Part shown: piece after piece, positions 48,228 through 58,325 of the stretch
Numbering within the stretch: position 1 is the first letter of the stretch
How the letters are laid out: each line of letters starts with the position of its first letter
Virus record (IMG/VR): IMGVR_UViG_3300018022_000003
Span: 63,427-127,426 of that record
DNA from: a virus
Strand: one strand, 5' to 3'
Length of the DNA: 64,000 nucleotides
Program-made: the position numbers and the translations under genes
Notes under the pieces: generated by a model
The model's database searches: none
The model's input: only the letters and a program-made list of their open reading frames with translations
Told to the model about the DNA's origin: nothing

Positions 48228-50252
48228 ATGCCCAGCGCAGGCAGGTTCAGGAGGGGAGAGGGCTTCATCAGCAAGTCGGTGGAGGAGAGGGGGATATCCG
48301 TCCCCCACGAGACCCTCAACGCCGTGGACTTCATAGAGTCCCACCGTGGCCTGAGCGTCAGGCTCTTCCCCGTCCAGCGCCTCATCATAAAGTGCGTGTT
48401 CGGCGTCCCGATGGATTACAAGGAGAAGAAGGTCCCCCTCTACGACGTCTTCCGGGAGCGCCTGCTCACCACGGTCACGGAGTCCGAGGCCCTGCATATC
48501 TTCCACGAGGAGGGGCGCTGCAACATAGGGGACTGGCGGGACATCCCCGAGAGGGGGTACAACGAGGCCTGCATCATCGCTGGCCGCAGGGGGGGCAAGT
48601 CCCAGCTAGTCAGCGCCATGGCGGCATACAAGCTCTACCTCCTCCTCAACTTCCGCAGCCCCCAGGAGTACTTCGACCTCGTCCCGAACTCCCACATAGA
48701 CTTCACCTTCCTGGCCCAGGACGAGGAGGGGTCGGACCGCCTCTACGACAAGCTGCGTGAGGACGTCAACCGGGCCCCCTTCTTCGCCCCCTTCTTCAAG
48801 GCAGGCACCGGCACCTGGATGGGGTTCATCACCGAGTCCGACCGTGGCAAGAGGGATGTCACCCCCACCGTCAACGTGGACTCCCACCCCTGCACCACCC
48901 GCTCCGTGCGCAGCCCCAGCAGCCTTATGCTGGCCCTGGACGAGTTCGCCCACTTCCGGTCGGAGAAGGGTTCCACCTCGGACGAGGTCTACCAGGCGGC
49001 CACGCCCAGCACCCTCAACTTCCACCATGCCGAGCTGCTGAACGGCTCCTGGATAAGCCAGGAGCAGATGAAGCACCTCGACCCCCCGCAGTACAGGGAG
49101 TTCCAGGACTCGCTCATCGTCAGCATCAGCTCCCCCTGGACCAAGGTCGGCAAGATGTACGACCTCCACAGGCTGGCCCTGGACAAGGGGAAGGACTCCA
49201 GCATCTTCACCCTGAGGGTATCGACGGCGGAGATGAACCCCACCGTCCTCCCCAAGATACTCCACGAGGAGCACGAGAAGAGTCCGATGACGTTCAGGGC
49301 GGAGTACGGGGGGCAGTTCCTCGACTCCTCCGAGACCTACGTCACCGAGGCCACTATCCGGGCATGCACGGACGTCAGGTACACCGAGGGGCCCGACCCC
49401 AAGCCCATCCCCGAGACCGCCCGCCTCAACCTGACGGTCTTCGCCCCCTCCTGCATCGGCCGGCAGTACTTCTGGGGCCTGGACCTGGGCATGATGAGGA
49501 ACGCCACGGCGGTCGCCATCGGGCACCTGGAGCACGTCGGGGGCAAGAACCCCCTGATGCTGGTGTACGACTACATCGACCGCATGATGGTCGGGGAGAG
49601 GTTCGAGGGGCCCGGGGTGGAGGCGGTGCCCGGCGCTACCAAGTACGTCGGCTACCGGGCGCTGCCCCTGGAGGACATCGTCCTCTGGCTGCGGGCGCTC
49701 AACCGGGTCATGCCCTGCTTCCGTGGGGCCACCGACCAGCACGGCGGGCAGCAGCTCGTCCAGCTATTGGAGATAAACGAGATATACAATATCGAGCTGC
49801 TCAACCTCACTACCATTATAAACTCCCAGATGGCCTTCGCCCTCAAGGGGTACATGGACAACACCAGGTGCAGGTTCCCCTACGTCCCCAGGTTCATGCA
49901 CGAGCTGAGGACGGTGGAGGCGGAGTACGTCGGCAAGTACCAGATTAGGGTCCAGGCACCCCCGGAGAAGGGGGCCACGGACGACATGTGCGACGCCGCC
50001 GAGGAGGTCGCCTACGTCGCCCAGAAGTGGCTGATGGACGAGGGGGGCCTGCACGTGGACCCCTCCGGGGCCAGCCTCGCCATCCAGGAGCAGATGCAGA
50101 AGCCGCCCGCCCCCCTCATGTCCCTGGACGGGGTAAGCATGACGGACATCAAGGTCATAGAGCGGATGCGCAGGCTACAGAGGGGGCTGATGATGTCCCC
50201 CGGCACGGTGGTGGTGGCCAACCCCTTCCACCGGAGGACGAGGCTGAGGTAA
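48228..50252 (+). CDS. terL: terminase large subunit
   Basis: Walker A IAGRRGGKS, Walker B LALDEFAH, SSP coupling motif, RNaseH GLDLG and DDMCD. Confidence 0.9.
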   Translation: MPSAGRFRRGEGFISKSVEERGISVPHETLNAVDFIESHRGLSVRLFPVQRLIIKCVFGVPMDYKEKKVPLYDVFRERLLTTVTESEALHIFHEEGRCNIGDWRDIPERGYNEACIIAGRRGGKSQLVSAMAAYKLYLLLNFRSPQEYFDLVPNSHIDFTFLAQDEEGSDRLYDKLREDVNRAPFFAPFFKAGTGTWMGFITESDRGKRDVTPTVNVDSHPCTTRSVRSPSSLMLALDEFAHFRSEKGSTSDEVYQAATPSTLNFHHAELLNGSWISQEQMKHLDPPQYREFQDSLIVSISSPWTKVGKMYDLHRLALDKGKDSSIFTLRVSTAEMNPTVLPKILHEEHEKSPMTFRAEYGGQFLDSSETYVTEATIRACTDVRYTEGPDPKPIPETARLNLTVFAPSCIGRQYFWGLDLGMMRNATAVAIGHLEHVGGKNPLMLVYDYIDRMMVGERFEGPGVEAVPGATKYVGYRALPLEDIVLWLRALNRVMPCFRGATDQHGGQQLVQLLEINEIYNIELLNLTTIINSQMAFALKGYMDNTRCRFPYVPRFMHELRTVEAEYVGKYQIRVQAPPEKGATDDMCDAAEEVAYVAQKWLMDEGGLHVDPSGASLAIQEQMQKPPAPLMSLDGVSMTDIKVIERMRRLQRGLMMSPGTVVVANPFHRRTRLR

Positions 50253-50307
50253 ACCCCTAGCTACACGGCCCATATATGAGGGAACCTACCCTCTAGGAGA
50301 AGACTGG

Positions 50308-50856
50308 ATGCTGTTCTTCCTGGACCCCAGCGCAGCGCAGCCCGGCCCGTGGACCTGGCTGATAAAGTACGCCCTCCCCGGCCTGGGATGGCCTACCCTT
50401 ATCCTAATCGCCTGGAAGATAAGCAGATACCTTGCCAAGGCGGAGGACAAGGCCAAGGAGGTCCTCACCTCCGCCGTGAAGGACATCGAGGCCAACACCA
50501 AGACCATCAAGTCGGCCGACGAGAGCCTGTCCAGGCTTGCAGGCACCTTTGAGCAGCACACCAAGGACGACGACCGCAACTTCAAGGACATCTATGACAC
50601 CCTGAAGGACCACCGGGAGCAGTCCAGGGCCATGCTGGAACTCCTGAACAGCCGTACGACGCTCTTCGGGGACGTCTCCAAGGCCATCCAGTCCCTTGCC
50701 GAGGCGATACACCACCAGTCGGACGTGCATGCCTCGCAGTTCGAGATTATCCGGGGGATAGCCGAGAGGCAGGCCACGCTTGCCGCCAACCAGGAGCATA
50801 TCACGCAGGGCTTCCAGAGGGTGGTCGAGCAGCTCATCTCCCTGATGAAGGAGTAG
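50308..50856 (+). CDS. membrane-anchored coiled-coil protein
   Basis: N-terminal TM helix, then heptad-rich region. Confidence 0.65.
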   Translation: MLFFLDPSAAQPGPWTWLIKYALPGLGWPTLILIAWKISRYLAKAEDKAKEVLTSAVKDIEANTKTIKSADESLSRLAGTFEQHTKDDDRNFKDIYDTLKDHREQSRAMLELLNSRTTLFGDVSKAIQSLAEAIHHQSDVHASQFEIIRGIAERQATLAANQEHITQGFQRVVEQLISLMKE

Positions 50857-50865
50857 CGGGACGGT

Positions 50866-51126
50866 ATGGGTACAGAGGACAAGGACGACAAGGGGAAGGG
50901 CAGCGGCCTCCCTATGGGGAAGCTTGAGGACGCCCTGGTCCGGTTCGAGAACACGGGCCTGGCGGGCCCCGTGCTTGCCTCCCCCATGGAGAAGCTGGAG
51001 GATACCCTGGTCCGGTTCGAGACCATGTGCCTGAACGGGACAGGGCAGCATTTCAGGAACAGGCTGAAGGCAAGGGTGGGCACCAGGCTCCATACCATGC
51101 TGGCCCGGCTGGGAAGCCTGTCGTAG
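50866..51126 (+). CDS. small protein with internal PM.KLED.LVRFE repeat
   Basis: Two copies of a 13-codon unit. Confidence 0.55.
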   Translation: MGTEDKDDKGKGSGLPMGKLEDALVRFENTGLAGPVLASPMEKLEDTLVRFETMCLNGTGQHFRNRLKARVGTRLHTMLARLGSLS

Positions 51127-51136
51127 GGGAGAGCAG

Positions 51137-51523
51137 ATGATTATAAAGCACTTGACAGCACTCGACACCAAGGCGGCCGCCGATGGCACCTGGACCTGGG
51201 TAGGCAACTGGTCGGCCATGTCCGTCCATATCGTAGGGCTGGAGGGGGACGTCTGGGTGGAGGTCTCGAACGACCCGGCCGCCGACCCGGCCCGCTATGC
51301 CAGCCCCCCCACCATACCGGAGGGGTGCGACATCACCGGCAACCTCACCTCCGGCGGCTCCCCCCCGGCCATCGTCGAGGAGGTCAGCATCGCCTACAGC
51401 CGGGACGGCACGCAGGTCATGGTCAGCCCCTCTGCCCTGGTATGGAAGTGGCTCCGTGTGTGCAAGAGCGGGGGGGGCGCTACCGATACCGTCGCCTACC
51501 TGATGGGCCAGGTGGAGGCCTAG
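51137..51523 (+). CDS. hypothetical beta-rich, possible virion accessory protein
   Basis: GGGAG RBS; V..EVSND and W.RV.K jelly-roll-like pattern. Confidence 0.6.
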   Translation: MIIKHLTALDTKAAADGTWTWVGNWSAMSVHIVGLEGDVWVEVSNDPAADPARYASPPTIPEGCDITGNLTSGGSPPAIVEEVSIAYSRDGTQVMVSPSALVWKWLRVCKSGGGATDTVAYLMGQVEA

Positions 51524-52362
51524 CCCGTGAAGGGGTGCATGGCGCACTCCAGGAACCGCAGGTAGTCCTCCCGCAGCCTCGGGGCACCTACCGGCTCCGG
51601 CCTTCCCAGGGCGGCAGGCGGCAGGCCCCCTTCCCTCCCTACCACCTTGACTCCTACCTCGCCGAGGATGCTGGTACGGTCGTCGTCCGGGCCGACGTAC
51701 ACGACCGGCGTCCCGAACGCCACGCAGGGTAGGGCCGCATGCAGGCGGGACGTGAACACCAGCTCCGCCCTGCGGTACCGTGCGAGGAGGCCGTAGGCCT
51801 CCCTGTACTGCCCTGCCACCGTCTCCTCGCTGGCCTCCTCGTAGGAGAAGGGGGGGAGGGTATGGGACACGGCGACGGCGTCCCCGTAGGCCCCGGACAC
51901 CGCCCTGTAGACCTCCTCCCCCGTGTCAACGCAGAACACCCCCTCCCTCTTCCCCTGGTACGGCGGCAGGGTAAGGGTGGCGCACCCCACCAGGACGGAG
52001 GGGAGGCCGTGCCTGCGGAGGAACCCCTCCGTGGCCGGGTCCCTGCACCCGACTATGCCGCAGGGCCTTACCGCCTCGGCCGTCTCCGTGGTCCGGCAGA
52101 AGGGGGCTATATGGATGCCCACGTACCTGACGTCACGGAACCAGTCCCTCCTGGGCATGCCGTAGAACGCCATCCACCCGTTCGCCAGCAGGACCAGGTC
52201 CCCCTGCTCCGTCAGGTGGTCCCGTGGCACGAGCCTCCGTGGGGCCACGTGCTGGAGCAGGGCAAGGGTCTGGATATGGTCCCCCAGGTTGTGGTTGAAG
52301 TACGAGAGCACGCAGAAGGGCGAGTCGTCGTCCAGGGCCATCAGTTCTTCGAGGCTTTTCAT
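51520..52362 (-). CDS. polysaccharide pyruvyl transferase family protein
   Basis: NLGDHIQ, GCRD, GCATL, TSRLHAALPC..FGTP. Confidence 0.85.
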   Translation of the reverse strand: MKSLEELMALDDDSPFCVLSYFNHNLGDHIQTLALLQHVAPRRLVPRDHLTEQGDLVLLANGWMAFYGMPRRDWFRDVRYVGIHIAPFCRTTETAEAVRPCGIVGCRDPATEGFLRRHGLPSVLVGCATLTLPPYQGKREGVFCVDTGEEVYRAVSGAYGDAVAVSHTLPPFSYEEASEETVAGQYREAYGLLARYRRAELVFTSRLHAALPCVAFGTPVVYVGPDDDRTSILGEVGVKVVGREGGLPPAALGRPEPVGAPRLREDYLRFLECAMHPFTG

Positions 52363-52519
52363 CTACCCGCCCCTTTCTTAGAGGTCCCCGGTGCCCATCC
52401 AAGAGGGGGGCTTTAGCTCCCCTGGGCCACGAGCCATAGGGACTGCCACTGAACTGGCTCCCGCACCGTGGCAGGGGAGGAGGGGCCGGGACCGGGGAAA
52501 GTCGGTCCTCCTCCCCAAC

Positions 52520-54217
52520 TTACCTCACCAGGAACAGCACCTTCTTGCCCTGCGGCGTATCTACCACCTCCTCCAGGTGCTCCGGCATCGTCTTGCGTAG
52601 CTGCATATGGTAGGACGACCCCATAGGGCATACCGCTGCCACCCTGAACCCCCTGGATACCGCATGGTTGACCTTGTTCCCCAGTATGGTGCTCTGCCAG
52701 TCCGACCTCGGCGGGGGGGCAGGAGGGCGCTGCGGCACGGGGCGCTGGGGGATAGTGGGGCGCTGGGCTGGCGGCCGCTGGACCTGCACGGGGCGCTGGG
52801 GCCCGGGGACGGGCATGATTATCGGGACTGGCCGGGGCGGCACGGCCGGGGGCCTGGGCGGGAAGGGCTTCCTCCCCGTCAGCATGTCGTGGCACTCCTC
52901 CATGTCCCCGGCGCTCGGGAGCTGTGTCACCACCACCGTATCCTTGCTGATTATCTTCTGGAAGGGGACCTGGTTCCTGTGCGGGTCGAGGAACGGGGGG
53001 ATAAGGTACCCAGGGAGGGGCTTCAGCCTTATGCCCGCCTTCCCTAGCACCTGCCCTACCCACCTGTCCTCCGCCCAGTCCCCGTAGAAGGGGGCGTCGG
53101 CCACCATCCCCATCGCCTTCCTGGAGAGCCAGTATGCCCCGCCGCTGGCGTAGTCGTACCTGATGGTCCCGTTGGGCAGCGGCGGGATTCCCATCGCCAC
53201 GCTGCCGCAGTCGTTCCTGGGCAGGAACAGCCCGGCATAGTCCTCCCTCGGCACCGCCAGGTTGGCGACGTTCACGTAGCAGTCGTCGTCCGTCTTCATC
53301 ATGCTGTCGTAGCCCTTCCCCAGCGCCCACCCGCACAGGGCCTTGGTCTTGAGCGGCAGGGACAGGTAGTCGTCCGGTACCCCCAGCTTCTCCCCGTCGA
53401 AGGCCACGACGTCGTAGCCCGCCGCCTCGGCGGCCGGCACCCACGTCTTCCTCTGTATGGCGAGCCTCTCCCTGTACCTCGGCTGGCCGCAGGTCACGAT
53501 GGCTATGAGGGCGTTCTTGCGTGCCTTCCACCTTGCCTGGTCGGGCTTCTCCAGGTGCTTTATCTTCGGGGAGAAGGCGGCAGGGCTTACGGTCATCCAG
53601 CGCTCCGGGTGCCTTATGGCCCTGGGGTCCGGGTAGGCGTATGCGGGGGTCAGGGCCCTTGCCGGGGGATGGTCCAGGAGGTAGCGGTTGAGGTGCGACT
53701 CGTCGTGCCATACCGCCGTTATGCCCTTGGCCTTGTCGGCGTCTATGCTCGCCGCCAGCACCCTGCACATCTCCAGGAAGGGGTCTGTCCTCCCCCCTTG
53801 CAGGCACCCCTGGTAGTAGGCGGGGTCCCCCTCCACATAGGCCGTGGACTCCCTCCTCCTCTCGAAGGTCCCTGGGTACCCTGGGTGGATGACGGCCGTT
53901 ATGCCGTCCGAGAAAAGCTCCTCCTCCGTCACCCTCTGGCATGCCAGCATGTCCACGTCCAGGTACAGGAGGTGCTCGTAGCCCCGCAGCGCCTCCTCCT
54001 GCGACAGGAAGGCATGGTAGCGCATCAGGGAGGCCCCCGGCCACCCCAGGTCCGCCCAGGGGGCCTTCGTGACGCCCCCGAACTCCTCCTCGCTGTCCGT
54101 GAACAGGATGACGTCGTGGGGGGGGAAGTTCTCCCTCAGGGAGGCCACGAGGGGGGCCACGAACTTGGTGTACCTCTCTCCCCCGGTCGCAATCAGCAGT
54201 ATCGCCAGCTTATGCAT
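52520..54217 (-). CDS. GT6 (ABO-like) glycosyltransferase fused to a GT31-like galactosyltransferase domain
   Basis: LIATG..Y, ILFTD, MRY, YLDVD, HPGY, FERR..STAY, YYQG, WHDESHLNRY (GT6); R.TW, L..KT, KTDDD, GGA.YWLS, WAED.WVG (GT31-like). Confidence 0.88.
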   Translation of the reverse strand: MHKLAILLIATGGERYTKFVAPLVASLRENFPPHDVILFTDSEEEFGGVTKAPWADLGWPGASLMRYHAFLSQEEALRGYEHLLYLDVDMLACQRVTEEELFSDGITAVIHPGYPGTFERRRESTAYVEGDPAYYQGCLQGGRTDPFLEMCRVLAASIDADKAKGITAVWHDESHLNRYLLDHPPARALTPAYAYPDPRAIRHPERWMTVSPAAFSPKIKHLEKPDQARWKARKNALIAIVTCGQPRYRERLAIQRKTWVPAAEAAGYDVVAFDGEKLGVPDDYLSLPLKTKALCGWALGKGYDSMMKTDDDCYVNVANLAVPREDYAGLFLPRNDCGSVAMGIPPLPNGTIRYDYASGGAYWLSRKAMGMVADAPFYGDWAEDRWVGQVLGKAGIRLKPLPGYLIPPFLDPHRNQVPFQKIISKDTVVVTQLPSAGDMEECHDMLTGRKPFPPRPPAVPPRPVPIIMPVPGPQRPVQVQRPPAQRPTIPQRPVPQRPPAPPPRSDWQSTILGNKVNHAVSRGFRVAAVCPMGSSYHMQLRKTMPEHLEEVVDTPQGKKVLFLVR

Positions 54218-54773
54218 TTCTCTTCTCCTGGAACGGGCGGTGCGCCCTTGCTATGTCGTCCTGCACGTAGAAGGACCAGTCCGGATGGGCGTCCAGCAGC
54301 CTCCTCCTTATGTCCTCCACGGGGGGATAGTCCTTCGCCGTGCCGAAGGCCCGCATGTCGTCTATGACGACCACGATGTCGTCCCTCCCCCACCCCAGGA
54401 TGGCGTCCAGCTCCCCCTGGATGGCGCTGTCCTGCGGGCCACGTGCCGTCCTCCCCTCCGACCAGTGGGCGTCCAGCCAGAACACCGCTGGCCTTCCTAT
54501 GCCGTGCAGGATGCAGGGCAGGACCACGGCGCTGTCCCCGTGGAAGAGGTGGACGTTGGGGCACCCTGCGAACCTTTGCAGGCAGAGGCCGTAGAAGAAG
54601 TCGGACAGCTCTATGGAGTAGACGTCCCTGAAGAACCACCTGGTGTACTCTATCGTGTCCCCGTCGCAGGAGCCTGTCTCCACCAGGGTGTCTATGCCCG
54701 CCCTGAGGGCGTACTCCACGAGGGTCCACCGCTTGTACTCGCCTGGGGGCGAGGGGTTATGCCATGCTCCCAT
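54210..54773 (-). CDS. SAM-dependent methyltransferase of glycan clusters
   Basis: VETGSCDG, SIELS, GDS, FWLDAH, IDD.R. Confidence 0.8.
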   Translation of the reverse strand: MGAWHNPSPPGEYKRWTLVEYALRAGIDTLVETGSCDGDTIEYTRWFFRDVYSIELSDFFYGLCLQRFAGCPNVHLFHGDSAVVLPCILHGIGRPAVFWLDAHWSEGRTARGPQDSAIQGELDAILGWGRDDIVVVIDDMRAFGTAKDYPPVEDIRRRLLDAHPDWSFYVQDDIARAHRPFQEKRNA

Positions 54774-55464
54774 CTTTCCCCCTCCTGAAGCCCAGCACCC
54801 TCTCGGGGTCCAGGCCCTTGCCGTGCCCGAGGTGGGACAGCTCTGCCACCCATGCCCCCATCCCCGTTATGCGGTGGTAGTTTATGCCGTTCCTCCGCAT
54901 GATGTCCCCCACCCACCAGTCCTCTGCCCACAGGTCCATGGGGGCGTCCAGCAGCAGCCCTGCGGCGGCGGCGGTCAGCCAGTAGCCGTGCGCCCCCCAG
55001 ATGGCCTCGTCGCCTGGGTTGCACGTCCCGGCGTACTGGTGCCCCTCAAAGCCGCTGCCCCTTATGCCCTCCCAGTCCAGCACGTAGCTGTCGGCCACGA
55101 ACTGGAGGCAGTGGGTGTACCCCCGCTCTAGCTGGAACCTGGTAATCTCCTTCTTCTTCCACGGGAGGGCGATATAGGCGTCGCAGCAGCCCACCTCCAC
55201 CTCGTCGGGCAGGAGGGGCCTCCCCATCTCCTCCCTGGAGAAGAACCCGTGGAACCTCCTCCCCCTCTCGTCTATGAACCCGTGCTTCTTGCAGTCGTCC
55301 AGGAAGCGGTCGGTGAGAGGCTCCAGCGGCACCTCCCCCGGCCTGCCCACGAAGAGGAACAGCGGCCAGGGGCACCCCCTCCCCCATGTGTCCCTTATCG
55401 CCTGGTGTACCCCGGTCATGGCGAACTTCACGCAGGAATGCACTGCTACGAACGGTCTCAGCAC
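54757..55464 (-). CDS. GT31/fringe-like glycosyltransferase with altered DxD
   Basis: IRDTW, DAY..LP.K, G..YWL, WAEDWWVG; FVADS in place of KTDDD. Confidence 0.65.
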   Translation of the reverse strand: MLRPFVAVHSCVKFAMTGVHQAIRDTWGRGCPWPLFLFVGRPGEVPLEPLTDRFLDDCKKHGFIDERGRRFHGFFSREEMGRPLLPDEVEVGCCDAYIALPWKKKEITRFQLERGYTHCLQFVADSYVLDWEGIRGSGFEGHQYAGTCNPGDEAIWGAHGYWLTAAAAGLLLDAPMDLWAEDWWVGDIMRRNGINYHRITGMGAWVAELSHLGHGKGLDPERVLGFRRGKDGSMA

Positions 55465-56291
55465 TTTAGCCACCTCTCCGGCACGATGTCCCCGGTGTCG
55501 AGCCTGGCCATCGGCCCCATCCATACGGCGGGGGCCACTACGGTCCTCCCCGCCGCCCAGTCCCCCAGCCATGCGCCCCACCACGAGAAGGAGCTGTTGG
55601 CGACGACGGCGTGCCTGCACAGGGACATCAGCCACAGGTCCTCGTTCTCCCTGCCCGGCATGCCGGAGCCGAACAGCCTCCCTCCCGGCCTGTTGTGCCC
55701 GACCACCCTGAGGCCCGGGAACGCCTCCCTGCACCACTCCGGCTCGTCCGAGAAGACGAAGAAGCGGGCGTCCTCCACCCTCTCCCTCACCAGGGCCATG
55801 GCGGGGGGGTAGTACCCGGTGTCCCAGAGGTTGCGGTGGTACTCCGCCTGCTTCAGGTAGTCCGTCCTGCGCACGTGCAGGAAGGCGCTCCTCCTCCCGG
55901 CCGCTGCAATCTCGTCCGCCGCCCTCCTGGAGGCCTCGCTCGGGCTGCGGCACGTGGAGAACCAGGACCTTACCAGCGGGGGGTCGTCGTAGTACCTCTC
56001 CGTCTGCCAGTAGCCGTCGAACAGCACCCCGTCCGGCACCGTGTAGACCTGGGGGTTGAAGGAGAAGGGGTCCTCGTGGTAGACGCCCGTGCCCGCCCTC
56101 CCGCCCGCCCCGAACACCGCCGTGAACTCCACGGGGATGTCGAACACCCCCAGCATGTAGCAGCGCTTGTGGTCCGAGTCCGCCCCGTCCCTGGCGAAGC
56201 ACAGCCTCTCCCCCCTCCTCGCCGCCACGGAGCGCCCGAAGGCGTACTGGAACATCTGGTTCCCCAGCCCCCCCACCAGCCTTACTATCAC
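55458..56291 (-). CDS. alpha-1,2-fucosyltransferase family (GT11)
   Basis: GGLGNQMFQYA, GYWQ, HVRRTDY, VFSDEPEW, DL.LMS.C.H.VVANSSFSWWGAWL. Confidence 0.92.
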   Translation of the reverse strand: MIVRLVGGLGNQMFQYAFGRSVAARRGERLCFARDGADSDHKRCYMLGVFDIPVEFTAVFGAGGRAGTGVYHEDPFSFNPQVYTVPDGVLFDGYWQTERYYDDPPLVRSWFSTCRSPSEASRRAADEIAAAGRRSAFLHVRRTDYLKQAEYHRNLWDTGYYPPAMALVRERVEDARFFVFSDEPEWCREAFPGLRVVGHNRPGGRLFGSGMPGRENEDLWLMSLCRHAVVANSSFSWWGAWLGDWAAGRTVVAPAVWMGPMARLDTGDIVPERWLKC

Positions 56292-56941
56292 AGCAGCGTC
56301 CCCCCCGTGGCCCCCTCTACCTCCTCCCACGGCACCTCCACGAAGGAGGGCGAGGGCACCCGCTTGGGGGCGGCGTTCCTGGGGTGTATGGTGGACACCA
56401 GCAGCCCCAGGTCGTTCAGGTCCCTGTGCCTCTCGGGGGGAATCCTGCGCTGGAAGCTGGTGTCCGCCCCCTGCGGCAGGTCGTCGAACCTGCCGGCCTC
56501 CCATACGGAGCGCCTGAAGGCCGGGGCGGCCAGCCACCACCCCTTGGTCATGTTCCTGTACACGAACGCCCGCCGCTGCCCGTGGAGGTAGTAGTACAGC
56601 CTCCCCGTGCCGCAGATGTCTACCCCCGCCTCGTTCAGGGGCGCTGCCTGCCTCGACACCCTGTCCGGGGCGTACCAGTCGTCGTCGTCCCATACTATGG
56701 CCGCCAGGCCCGTGGAGGACTCCATGGCACGGTTCATCAGCGCCCCGTGCCTGAGCCTGGGCCCGGGCAGCCTTATGTACCTTATGCGGGGGTCCTGCGG
56801 CAGGAGGTCCTGGATAGGGTCCGAGCCGTTGTCCACTATCACCCACTCCAGGCTGGGATAGTCCTGCGAGAGGAAGCACCTCAGGCACCGGGGCCAGAAC
56901 TCCCTGCGGTCCGCCGTTGGGGTGATGCAGGATACGAGCAT
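56288..56941 (-). CDS. GT2 family glycosyltransferase
   Basis: VSCITPT, SQDY..EWVIVDNG, G...N, WDDDDWY.P.R. Confidence 0.88.
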   Translation of the reverse strand: MLVSCITPTADRREFWPRCLRCFLSQDYPSLEWVIVDNGSDPIQDLLPQDPRIRYIRLPGPRLRHGALMNRAMESSTGLAAIVWDDDDWYAPDRVSRQAAPLNEAGVDICGTGRLYYYLHGQRRAFVYRNMTKGWWLAAPAFRRSVWEAGRFDDLPQGADTSFQRRIPPERHRDLNDLGLLVSTIHPRNAAPKRVPSPSFVEVPWEEVEGATGGTLL

Positions 56942-56943
56942 CG

Positions 56944-57369
56944 CTACCCCCCTGCCCCCCTTCTCCTCCGCTCGAACGCTTGCAGGTACCCAAGCAGCTC
57001 CCTTATGACTATCTGGTTCCCCTGGAAGCACCCGACTCCTGCCTTGCACCTGGAGCACAGCAGGCCCCTTACCTCCCGAGTAGCGGGGTCGTGGTCCACG
57101 TGCGACGCCCTGCGGTCTCCGTGGGGGATAGGCTCGTGGCATACGGCGCACCTCCTCCTCTGCGCCTCCCAGAGGGCCAGCAGCTCGCTGTCGGCCATGC
57201 CCTGGCGGTACTTCCGGGTATAGGCGGTGCCCTGCTTCCTGGAGCATTCCCGGCAGCGGCTCCTCCTGCCGCTCGGGTGGTAGGATGACCCTCCGAACCT
57301 GCCCAGGTCCAGCCACGCCCGGCATCCGGGGCACCACTTCTCCCTGTCCGTATAGAGGCGCTTCCTCAT
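56944..57369 (-). CDS. endonuclease VII-domain (homing endonuclease-like) protein, possibly inactive
   Basis: C..C..C..C N-terminal finger; Q..RCAVC..HVDHD...VRGLLC..C. Confidence 0.8.
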   Translation of the reverse strand: MRKRLYTDREKWCPGCRAWLDLGRFGGSSYHPSGRRSRCRECSRKQGTAYTRKYRQGMADSELLALWEAQRRRCAVCHEPIPHGDRRASHVDHDPATREVRGLLCSRCKAGVGCFQGNQIVIRELLGYLQAFERRRRGAGG

Positions 57370-57489
57370 GCTAATGCATCCGGAAGTCAGTTTGCCTTGC
57401 AGGGGCACCGGGCAGCTAATCTGGCAGGGGGGGCTGAATGTTCAGTCTACCGGCCCCCTATTTAGAGGCATGCCCCGCTAGGGCACAGG

Positions 57490-58274
57490 AGAGGATTGAC
57501 ATGGCACTAAGCATCTTGCAGTTTGCACGCAACTACACCGTATACCCCGAGGTCCCGCTCCAGGTATCCCTTCCCAGTCCCACGACTGCCAAGAGCCTCC
57601 TGGCGCTGCTGGTCTTCGGACACCGCACCAACTATGGCTTCAACATCGGAAGGGAGAGCGCAGAGACAGTGGCCCCCGTCATCACCGACGACAAGGCCAA
57701 CACCTGGACCCTCCTTGAGTACATCCTCAACATCGCACAGGACTACGGAACCAGCCCGCCTGTCATCTCTCCTGACGCCTCTGGGAACTTCCCGAGCGTC
57801 TACCTGTACGTGGCCCCGTCCAGCGGCAGCCTCAAGAGCGGCGGCGTCACTGCCTGGGTCACCGACGCCGGGCTGAGCAACGCCAGCGTCTCCCCGCCCA
57901 TAGAGTACGGGAGGCCCGTCTTCGACAGCGGCATCAGGGCGGTCCTCCTGGAGTGCGCAGGCACCACGGGGGCACCGGGCACGCAGACGGCGGTGGACGT
58001 CCACGGCAACACCATCACCGCCAATGCCAAGCTGGGCTACCAGCTCATCAACCCCAGCAACAACAACGAGCTTATCATCGAGGCGGGGGCGCTCATCGAC
58101 AGCTCCGCCCTGGGCCTGGGCACGGGGGCCAGCTACGTCACCTCCGCCTCCTACCCGGCAGGAAGCTCCTACTGGCTCGTCCAGCAGACCCTACAGGGGA
58201 CCAAGGCCAAGAGCGCCGGGTTCTCCAACCCCATAGGGTACATGGGCGCAGCAGCCGCCGTGGCGCTGAGCTAG
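57490..58274 (+). CDS. probable virion structural protein
   Basis: AGGAGAGG RBS; N-terminal segment similar to the inserts in the Ig protein. Confidence 0.6.
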
Positions 58275-58294
58275 GGCCCGGCAAGCATACACGG

Positions 58295-58325
58295 GGAGGG
58301 CACGGCCGCAGGACCGTGCCCTCCT
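58295..58325 (+). terminator. hairpin after 57490..58274
   Basis: GGAGGGCACGG-N8-CCGTGCCCTCC, 11-bp stem. Confidence 0.55.

Noticed and set aside
48228-50252. Intein or intron in the terminase
   Set aside because: No C...HN splice motifs or LAGLIDADG/HNH block; the extra length is small insertions.
50866-51126. 39-nt direct repeat as a mobile or regulatory repeat
   Set aside because: Differences fall mostly at synonymous positions; it is a protein-level duplication.
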